NCBI GenBank assembly: GCA_037444445.1
Contig: JBBIMK010000001.1
Coordinates: 60,001 to 92,000, forward strand
DNA length: 32,000 nucleotides
Direction of reading: 5' to 3'
Origin: a bacterium
GTDB taxonomy: Bacteria > UBP7 > UBA6624 > JBBIMK01
A model generated the notes under the pieces. That model saw only the letters and a list, made by a program, of their open reading frames with translations, had not been told where the DNA came from and made no database searches. Within the stretch, counting starts at the first letter, position 1; every line of letters starts with the position of its first letter. A program made the position numbers and the translations under genes. Below, piece by piece: positions 25,423-32,000 of the stretch.

Positions 25423-27535
25423 AAGGATGAGTGAATTTGTTCTCATTCTCCTGTTGCTGGGTGCTTCTATAGAAAGCCCAATAAAGAGTTATGTTCTTCA
25501 GCAAGAATGGAACAGGTTGGAAGAACAAATCGGATTTTCCTCCCGGTATATACGGAGCATGAAAAAAGGTGGTTCACTACTCGACATAGAGACTCTCCCG
25601 CCTGTCTACCGGAATCTCATAGAAGGAAATTTACAGGAATTGAAGAACACGCCGATGGAAAAACTGCCTGATGACCCTTATTTTCTTTTTTCGCTCGGCC
25701 GACTTTTCCTTTATCATCAGGATGTTCTCACTTCCAGCGCCATAGAAAAAAAGCAAGCCTGGGCTCTCTGGCAGAAAGCTCTCCAATCAACTGACCCCTA
25801 TCTGCACTGGTTTCTTCGCCCCTGGTCCTCCAAAAATCCTTATGATATGAGCAACAACCCCGTCTTCCTTTTAATGGATGTGTTTTCCTCTTTCACCGGT
25901 CACTCCGTGGACGAAAACTCCTTAAAAACTGCATTAAACAAAAACATTCAGAACCCTGATTATCTGGCAGATTTAGGGGAAATCCTGTGGCGGTTAGGAA
26001 GATTTGAAGAAGCCAAATCATTGTGGCATCAAGCCATTTACCTTTACCCTGGAGATTCTATGGAAAAAAGAGCCCTGCTTTACCAGAAAATGGGCGAAAT
26101 GGACGAAGTCATTCGGATTTATAAAGACCTCTATCACCAGGGCGGAGAAAACTCTTATCTGTATTTATATTCTCTGATTTCAGCATATAGTCAAAAATCC
26201 TCCCTTTCTCCAGCGGAAGAAATAGACCAGGTGGAAGGGTATTTGGAATTGAAGAAGCCATTTACTGCCATAGAAACCCTTGAAAAAAGCCATCTTCCGA
26301 ATGAAACCCGGCAGGCAATGATGAACCGGGCTATTCAATTAGCCTTACAAAAGATGTCGGATTTTCTGGTTACCCTGGGAATCTCCGGGAAAATTTTAGC
26401 CTCTTCCAAGATTCTGAATCTCCTGACCATGAAAGCGCTTGTGGAAAAGGTCTCCTCCACAAAACCGATAGCATCTCTCTTAGGATATCTCACCGGAAAT
26501 TGCGAAGAAATTCCCCCCAATGAATCACTGTACGCAGTCTGTCAACAGGAGGGGAATTATCGTGAGGAAGAAGCACAGAAATGGCTCCAGAACAGTGAGG
26601 AAAGTGAAATTGTTTTAGCAACGGAAATTATGCAAACTCTCCTGCCTTTTATAGACAGGAAAGAGAAAGCTATGCGAGTGGGGCGTTTACTGGCTTCTGT
26701 GAAAGCCTCTTCAGGAAACTTTCAAGGTGCTCTGGACATCCTGAACCAACTGGCGAAGAAAAAATGGCTGGATGCAGATATCCAATTCGACCGAGGCTCA
26801 TATCTCCTTCAATTGAACCAGGGTAAAGAGGCAGAAGAAGCCTTGCAGGATGCCTTAAAACGGGGCCTGCCTTATGAGCCTGTGGTGGCAAGAAAGCTTC
26901 ACCGCGCCCTTTATCTGCAAGGAAAAGTTCGTAAGGCGATTAGCGTGTTAGAAGAAGCCCTGTCAAAATTCCCGGATAACCCGGAAATCCTGACAGATTT
27001 GTTATATCAGGCAAAAGAACACAAAGCCTATAAAACCGCTGTCGTGGCTCTCCAGGCCCTTATCCGGGTCAATCCTCAACATCGCTGGCATTATGAATCC
27101 CAACTCGTGACCGTGTACTGGAATACAGGGCAAATTGAGGAAGCGGTTCAACATCTAAAAGCCTATTATGAGGCTTCACTGGATGATGAAAGTTTATGGA
27201 ATCTGGCGGGTGCCCACGCAGGCGAGAAAAATATGGAGGAAATTTTACAGAGATGTTCTTCATTTCCCCTTTTCCAGATTTATCTGAAAGCCCGATGGTA
27301 TCAGATTTCTCAGCAGGAAGAAAAAACCACAGGAACACTGGAAAACGGTGTGAATCTTTTTCCGGACAATTTGTTTTTACTCAACCAGCTGGGCACAGAA
27401 TACTGGCGTCGTGCAGAGCATCTAAAGGCGGCAGAAATCTATCATCGGCTGGCTCTTTTAGACCCTTTTGAAGCAGAAAATTACCGGGAGAAAGAAAATT
27501 TGATGAAACAACTGGCGATGGAGAGTTCGGCGTAA
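25397..27535 (+). CDS. Secreted or membrane-anchored TPR-repeat protein
   Basis: 712 aa. The TTG at 25397 is preceded by AAAGGAGG at an 8-nt spacing. It yields a signal-peptide-like N-terminus: a KKNLER n-region followed by the FVLILLLLGA h-region. ATG 25427 is the alternative start. The body contains repeated TPR-like helices (LGRFEEAKSLWHQAIYLYP, GQIEEAVQHLKAYY, AEHLKAAEIYHRLALLDP). Confidence 0.75.
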   Translation: MFYWKKNLERMSEFVLILLLLGASIESPIKSYVLQQEWNRLEEQIGFSSRYIRSMKKGGSLLDIETLPPVYRNLIEGNLQELKNTPMEKLPDDPYFLFSLGRLFLYHQDVLTSSAIEKKQAWALWQKALQSTDPYLHWFLRPWSSKNPYDMSNNPVFLLMDVFSSFTGHSVDENSLKTALNKNIQNPDYLADLGEILWRLGRFEEAKSLWHQAIYLYPGDSMEKRALLYQKMGEMDEVIRIYKDLYHQGGENSYLYLYSLISAYSQKSSLSPAEEIDQVEGYLELKKPFTAIETLEKSHLPNETRQAMMNRAIQLALQKMSDFLVTLGISGKILASSKILNLLTMKALVEKVSSTKPIASLLGYLTGNCEEIPPNESLYAVCQQEGNYREEEAQKWLQNSEESEIVLATEIMQTLLPFIDRKEKAMRVGRLLASVKASSGNFQGALDILNQLAKKKWLDADIQFDRGSYLLQLNQGKEAEEALQDALKRGLPYEPVVARKLHRALYLQGKVRKAISVLEEALSKFPDNPEILTDLLYQAKEHKAYKTAVVALQALIRVNPQHRWHYESQLVTVYWNTGQIEEAVQHLKAYYEASLDDESLWNLAGAHAGEKNMEEILQRCSSFPLFQIYLKARWYQISQQEEKTTGTLENGVNLFPDNLFLLNQLGTEYWRRAEHLKAAEIYHRLALLDPFEAENYREKENLMKQLAMESSA

Positions 27536-27539
27536 GGAA

Positions 27540-28340
27540 TTATCCCGATTTTAATCGGGTAGGTGTAGCCTTCCCGTAGTCCACCAGCATTGGGCGGGCG
27601 CAAATTCCAAACCGACAGGTGTCAAAAAATTGATACACTTCCTCGGGCATCCCCAGTTTCACAGGTAACTTCAGAGATTTTGCCACTTTGTAGTTGATGG
27701 GAGTGTCATGGGCCACATATTCCCGAAGTAGGCAATCCGCAACTCGCTCTGCATCCGCAGTTTTCATTTTCCCCGACAGAATTTTTAACACGAATCTCTT
27801 CATCTGTTCCAGTGCCATCTCGGCAAGGTAAGAATACATAATGGTGTCATCCTGACTGAACTGAATGCCTTTTTCTTTCACGATTTTCAGGAGGATTGAG
27901 GCAGGCCATCCTCCGATTTGTGGGTCCACGGGACCTAACACACTCCACTGCTCCATCCGGATTTCATCCCCCGCCAGGGCAATCAATGTGCCCCCCGACA
28001 TGGCATAAAAAGGAACATGGACGGTAACCTTTCCGCCATGCACCATTAAAGCCATGGCAATCATTTCAGCAGAAAGAGCCATTCCGCCGGGTGTGTGGAG
28101 AATCAGGTCTATAGGAGTATGGTGCGGGATGTCATGGATCCGCATAAGGATATGCTCCACTTCTTCCGGTCCCAACTCCTCATAACTTTCTTCCCCAAAT
28201 ACGCTTTTGCTGTGAACAATCGTGATGACTTTACTTCCTCTTTTCATCTCCATTCGCTGGAGAATACTCCGTCGCGCCTGGATAATCCCATCCCTGGGCT
28301 CCACCTTATCATCTGATGATTTTCTCCGTATTTCCTCCAA
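27540..28340 (-). CDS. ClpP-fold serine protease, SDH (serine dehydrogenase proteinase) / SppA-NfeD-like family
   Basis: 266 aa. TTG start with AGGAGGGG 7 nt upstream. Motifs DLILHTPGG and YAMSGGTLIALAGDEI (candidate nucleophile Ser) resemble the ClpP/SppA fold. The family call is from memory of the motifs only. Confidence 0.65.
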   Translation of the reverse strand: MEEIRRKSSDDKVEPRDGIIQARRSILQRMEMKRGSKVITIVHSKSVFGEESYEELGPEEVEHILMRIHDIPHHTPIDLILHTPGGMALSAEMIAMALMVHGGKVTVHVPFYAMSGGTLIALAGDEIRMEQWSVLGPVDPQIGGWPASILLKIVKEKGIQFSQDDTIMYSYLAEMALEQMKRFVLKILSGKMKTADAERVADCLLREYVAHDTPINYKVAKSLKLPVKLGMPEEVYQFFDTCRFGICARPMLVDYGKATPTRLKSG

Positions 28341-28464
28341 GAGTCATCCCCTCCTGAATTCCTTTCTTCATTGTAAGGGATTCCATATACAAACACAAGG
28401 CAATCCGTAAGGAAGGAAGCCAAGAGCCCCGACTCATGCCGCCAGGGGTGGCTGAAGCAGAATC

Positions 28465-30069
28465 CTATCCATGAGACGGGAAATTCGAGTCAGACACAGA
28501 AGTCAACTTCCTCACATTTTCTCGTGGCAATAGTATGGCACTGACAAAAGCAAGAAGAGCAATCCACAGTCCTGCCACGAAAACAGAATGGAGCGAATGA
28601 AACAGCGCTAATTTCAAAAAATGTGGGGTATCAGGAGAAAGGGTCTGTTGCACTTGAGGGGACACGATGAGTTGCGATGCGGAGGAAGAAGAATTCAACC
28701 TGGAAAAAAAACCGGGGTCCATTCCACTTTGATGGAATTGAGCCTGGAGATTCCGACTCAGAACGGTTCCCAACAGAGTTACGCCAAGGGTGCCACCGAT
28801 GGTTCGGAAAAACTGGGTCATAGAGGTCGCAATCCCCAACTGGGAACGCGGAACAGTATTTTGAACTGCAATCGTGAGGGGAGCCACGCTAAACCCCATA
28901 CCGGCACCCAGAAATACCATGTTCCTCATCACATCAGTTATAACAGTATGAAGATTCATCCGACTGAGAAGAAAGAAGCCGAGGGTCAAAGAAGCCATGC
29001 CGATGAAAACAATGAACCGGATGCCGACCCGAAGCAGAAGATGCCCCCCAACGATAGAAAAGACCATCCAGGTCAGAACGAAAGGAGTGAGCACACTTCC
29101 AGCCTTTGTGGCACTGGTATTCAGCACTGCCTGAACGAAGAGTGGGATAAAGGCAATGGAGCCAAACATGGCCATACCACCCAGGAAACCATTCAGGGAT
29201 GCGGAGGCAAAAACACGACGGGTAAACAACTGTAGTGGCAAAACCGGGTCTGAAACTCGGGATTCATTATGGAAGAACAGGGCCATGAGGAAGAGAAAAC
29301 CGAAAAGCATGAGCAGGATGAGGGGAGAAAAGAGCGAATCACCCTTCCCCAGCCGCATCAAGATAAGAAGAAAAAGGGTCAGGGCAACAGCCAGAGAGAC
29401 GCCACCTGCATGGTCAAAAAAAACGGTTTTTTTCTCCTTCTGACCTGGCTTCAGGTAAACGCCGATTACCATTGCAGAGAGGAGTCCGAAAGGGATGTTA
29501 AGATAGAAAACCCACCGCCAGGAAAGGTAGTCAGTCAGGAGGCCGCCGATGAATGGACCGATGAGGCTGGAGAGTCCCCAAACGCCGCTGAGAAGTCCCT
29601 GCATTTTCCCTCGTTCATCCAGGGTATAAATCTCTCCCACAACGGTCATCGCCAGGGGCAGGAGGCATCCCGCTCCCAGCCCCTGAATGAGGCGAAAAAG
29701 GATTAGTTGCACCATGGAATGAGACAAGCCGGAAAGGGCCGAGCCAATCAGAAAAATGGAAACTCCAATGAGATAAATATTGCGACGCCCATATTGGTCC
29801 GAGAGTTTTCCCCACAGAGGCAAGGTGATGGTAGAAGTCAAAAGGTACGCAGAAAACACCCAATTGTAAATGCTTAGCCCACCGAGGCTTGCGATAACGG
29901 TAGGCATAGCCGTCATTACAGCCGTGGATTCCAGGGCGCTCAGAAAAAGCCCCAACATTACCCCTGCCGTGATGACAGCGCGATTCCGCGATGGGTAAGG
30001 TAACAACGGTAATCCCTGCGGCGAGTAATCCCCTCTCTTTCTATCCTCGCCTTCCATTACAATCCCCAA
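28465..30069 (-). CDS. MFS transporter, DHA2 (14-TMS, EmrB/QacA-like) drug:H+ antiporter family
   Basis: 534 aa (TTG start; ATG alternative at nt 30057). Many hydrophobic helices. MFS motif A-like LWGKLSDQYGRRNIYL. Motif C-like GPFIGGLLTD. Confidence 0.85.
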   Translation of the reverse strand: MGIVMEGEDRKRGDYSPQGLPLLPYPSRNRAVITAGVMLGLFLSALESTAVMTAMPTVIASLGGLSIYNWVFSAYLLTSTITLPLWGKLSDQYGRRNIYLIGVSIFLIGSALSGLSHSMVQLILFRLIQGLGAGCLLPLAMTVVGEIYTLDERGKMQGLLSGVWGLSSLIGPFIGGLLTDYLSWRWVFYLNIPFGLLSAMVIGVYLKPGQKEKKTVFFDHAGGVSLAVALTLFLLILMRLGKGDSLFSPLILLMLFGFLFLMALFFHNESRVSDPVLPLQLFTRRVFASASLNGFLGGMAMFGSIAFIPLFVQAVLNTSATKAGSVLTPFVLTWMVFSIVGGHLLLRVGIRFIVFIGMASLTLGFFLLSRMNLHTVITDVMRNMVFLGAGMGFSVAPLTIAVQNTVPRSQLGIATSMTQFFRTIGGTLGVTLLGTVLSRNLQAQFHQSGMDPGFFSRLNSSSSASQLIVSPQVQQTLSPDTPHFLKLALFHSLHSVFVAGLWIALLAFVSAILLPRENVRKLTSVSDSNFPSHG

Positions 30070-30118
30070 ATCTTCTGGTGATTTTCAATTCTACCCAACA
30101 CCACCGCAGAGTTTTCCT

Positions 30119-30610
30119 CTATTTATCCTCCGTAGTGAGGCGAGTATAAATCGTGTTGAAAAGAGAGAGCATCCCTTTTCCCTGGAGTTCGGAAGGGTCT
30201 TTGTAACCGAGAAATTGAAAGGAACGAGAGACAACCCCCATACGGAAGTTTACACGGACTGAAGGCGTAGCGGCAGGTAAATTATGGGATTTCCTAATCT
30301 GGCTATTGGGCTGGAAACAGAGCAGGGAACTCATAAAAAGAACCTGGAAGGCTTTGCTACCTCGGATTCCAATAGCCCCTTTCTTTTTTACAATTACGCT
30401 CAGGTCACCCTGCAAAGTTACCAGATTTTGAGCAATATCACCTTCCTGCTTCGTATACAGGAACTCTATCACCGGGGAAGAATTTCCCTGCCCCAGAGGA
30501 ACCATGAACACATTAGGAAAGAAAAGAAAGTATAAGAACAGCATAAAGAGAAGCCACAGGAAAGGATTCCTCACAATTCCTGCACCCGTGTAATCACGGC
30601 TTCCCAGCAT
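30119..30610 (-). CDS. Hypothetical protein with one N-terminal TM anchor
   Basis: 163 aa. Strong GAAGGAGGTG RBS 5 nt upstream of the ATG. Hydrophobic segment FLWLLFMLFLYFLFF, then a probably beta-rich soluble part. I recognise no motif. Confidence 0.6.
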   Translation of the reverse strand: MLGSRDYTGAGIVRNPFLWLLFMLFLYFLFFPNVFMVPLGQGNSSPVIEFLYTKQEGDIAQNLVTLQGDLSVIVKKKGAIGIRGSKAFQVLFMSSLLCFQPNSQIRKSHNLPAATPSVRVNFRMGVVSRSFQFLGYKDPSELQGKGMLSLFNTIYTRLTTEDK

Positions 30611-30640
30611 CCCAGCACCTCCTTCTCCGGGTAATTTCAG

Positions 30641-30652
30641 TTATACTATAAT
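30641..30652 (+). promoter_or_regulatory. Candidate -10 region (TTATACTATAAT) for the ABC-2 exporter operon
   Basis: TATAAT at 30647-30652, 24 nt upstream of the ATG at 30677, with GGAAGGGG as RBS in between. No convincing -35 element. Confidence 0.25.
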
Positions 30653-30676
30653 AGATTATATGGAAGGGGTCAAATT

Positions 30677-31600
30677 ATGGTCAAAGCGAAAAATATCGTA
30701 AAAAAATTTGGGACACGTTACGCACTCAAGGGAATCTCTTTTGAAGTCAATGAAAGGTCAGTAGTTGGGTTTCTGGGCCCCAATGGCGCGGGGAAAACCA
30801 CCACCATGCGCATCCTGACGGGCTATCTCACTCCCACTGATGGCTCAGCAGAAGTGGCAGGGTATGATGTGGAGAGAAACCCTCTCCAGGTAAAAGCCCG
30901 GGTGGGTTACATGCCAGAAAGCCCGCCGATATACGCTGAAATGACCGTGAAAGAATTTCTCGCTTTCGTAGCAGATATAAAAGGAATACCGCCCAAAAAC
31001 AAAAGAGCCAGCATAGAGAAAGTGATAGAGGAAACGGCGATTGGAGATGTGCAGAACCGTTTAATCGGGCGCCTTTCCCGAGGATACCGACAGCGAGTGG
31101 GGCTGGCTCAGTCTCTCATTCATGACCCACAGGTTCTTATCCTGGATGAGCCCACCGCAGGGTTAGACCCCATTCAAATTCACGAAATTCGCGAGCTCAT
31201 CAAAAAACTGGGGCAGGATAGAACCGTGCTTTTAAGCACTCACATTTTGCCCGAAGTGACACAGACCTGCACCCGGGCTATCATCATCCACGAAGGCTCT
31301 ATCCTTGTAGAGGATACGCTCAGCAATTTAATGCAAACCCTTGCAGGGGGGCTTCGAGTGCGATTGAAAGTGAAACGGAACCCGGACTCCCTCCTCCTGA
31401 AAATTCAGGAAATGGATGAAGTGCGCCTGGTTCGCTGTGAAGACGATTCTATCCTGGTGGAATTTCAAAGGGGTAAGGACAAAAGGGAAGAAATCGCGGA
31501 CATCGCAGTGAAAGGAAACCATGGGCTTCTGGAATTTTCCACACAGGCTTTAACTCTGGAAGAGGTATTCCTGAAACTCACCACGGAGGAATCTCTATGA
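30677..31600 (+). CDS. ABC transporter ATP-binding protein (ABC-2 / GldA-like exporter subfamily)
   Basis: 307 aa. Walker [11 protein letters not shown], signature LSRGYRQR, Walker [12 protein letters not shown], and a C-terminal regulatory-type extension. Confidence 0.9.
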   Translation: MVKAKNIVKKFGTRYALKGISFEVNERSVVGFLGPNGAGKTTTMRILTGYLTPTDGSAEVAGYDVERNPLQVKARVGYMPESPPIYAEMTVKEFLAFVADIKGIPPKNKRASIEKVIEETAIGDVQNRLIGRLSRGYRQRVGLAQSLIHDPQVLILDEPTAGLDPIQIHEIRELIKKLGQDRTVLLSTHILPEVTQTCTRAIIIHEGSILVEDTLSNLMQTLAGGLRVRLKVKRNPDSLLLKIQEMDEVRLVRCEDDSILVEFQRGKDKREEIADIAVKGNHGLLEFSTQALTLEEVFLKLTTEESL

Positions 31601-32000
31601 GAGGAATATGGGCTGTGTTCAAAAAAGAAACCGGTATCTATTTCCACTCATTTATATTCTATTTTTTCGGCCTGGTATATCTTTTCATCCTGGGGCTCAT
31701 CTTCTCCCTGGTTTTTATCGTCTACGCAACACAATTGCCCATGCGGGCTCAGATGGCTGGCGGAAATCTTCCCACGGTAAACACCTACATTCTCCGACCC
31801 GTCTTCGGAGATATGGGATTTCTTCTTATTCTCTTCCTTCCCTTTTACACCATGCGTTTGCTGGCAGAAGAGAGGCGACATGGAACCCTGGAATTGCTGT
31901 TCACCTCACCGATTACTCCAGCGCAAGTCGTGCTGGGGAAATTCCTTGCTTCTTTCACACTTTTCATCGCCATCACATCCATTCCAATTTTCTACTGCTT
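31597..32000 (+). CDS. ABC-2 family permease, 3' end cut by window edge
   Basis: Absent from the ORF track because no stop is reached. I translated it by hand from the ATG at 31597, which forms an ATGA overlap with the ATPase stop: MRGIWAVFKKETGIYFHSFIFYFFGLVYLFILG...EERRHGTLELLFTSPITPAQVVLGKF. The EER-x-GTLE-LL-SP motif is typical of ABC-2 permeases. Confidence 0.75.
   Translation, partial: MRGIWAVFKKETGIYFHSFIFYFFGLVYLFILGLIFSLVFIVYATQLPMRAQMAGGNLPTVNTYILRPVFGDMGFLLILFLPFYTMRLLAEERRHGTLELLFTSPITPAQVVLGKFLASFTLFIAITSIPIFYC

Noticed and set aside
27544-27559. Hairpin CCCGATT-TT-AATCGGG just past the TPR-gene stop, inside the 3' end of the convergent protease gene. A possible bidirectional terminator.
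   Set aside because: The stem is only 6-7 bp with a minimal loop, there is no U-tract on either strand, and it lies within coding sequence. Not supportable as a terminator.
29416-29433. A8-CGG-T7 near-palindromic homopolymer pair.
   Set aside because: It lies inside the MFS CDS, where the minus strand encodes KKTVFF. It is most simply a coding coincidence. The only note is that it is a slippage or sequencing-error-prone spot.
28621-29706. Plus-strand ORFs (204, 95 and 145 aa) antisense to the MFS gene.
   Set aside because: Their K/E/R/G-rich low-complexity translations are mirror images of hydrophobic MFS codons. No RBS and no motifs.
1-32000. Looked for CRISPR repeats, tRNA/rRNA genes, IS or transposase genes, integrases, and toxin-antitoxin or defence-type genes.
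   Set aside because: None recognised. The longest non-coding gaps are 124-135 nt, and none shows tRNA-like or repeat structure. A by-eye scan cannot exclude short dispersed repeats.

Overview
Gene-dense, bacterial-looking window. I call 29 CDS and see no rRNA, tRNA, CRISPR array or IS element. All assignments come from reading motifs in the supplied translations and the DNA; no database search or computation was possible.

Left half, nt 741-17334, minus strand: one co-directional and mostly translationally coupled block of 15 genes.
- etfB-etfA
- a membrane-anchored HdrD-like Fe-S oxidoreductase, of the type found next to etfAB in syntrophic fatty-acid oxidisers
- a soluble HdrC/HdrB-like paralogue of that oxidoreductase
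- hdrA
- mvhD-mvhG-mvhA, a cytoplasmic [NiFe] hydrogenase that looks like group 3c
- the hydrogenase maturation protease
- a small membrane protein with an H-x4-DH motif (putative Ni transporter)
- hypA-hypF-hypC-hypD-hypE, with no hypB

A Crp/Fnr-family regulator lies directly upstream on the same strand. A perfect 16-bp FNR-type palindrome sits at its promoter.

Right half: housekeeping and transport genes.
- argS, with a long insertion
- a NatA-like ABC ATPase plus an ABC-2 permease fused to a CPBP intramembrane protease
- mutS2
- a secreted TPR protein
- a ClpP-fold SDH-family protease
- a DHA2 MFS transporter
- a membrane-anchored hypothetical protein
- an ABC-2 exporter, truncated at the 3' window edge

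A LivF-type ABC ATPase is truncated at the 5' window edge.

The most interesting signal is the physical joining of an Etf/quinone-oxidoreductase module to an HdrA-Mvh electron-bifurcation module, together with its complete maturation machinery.
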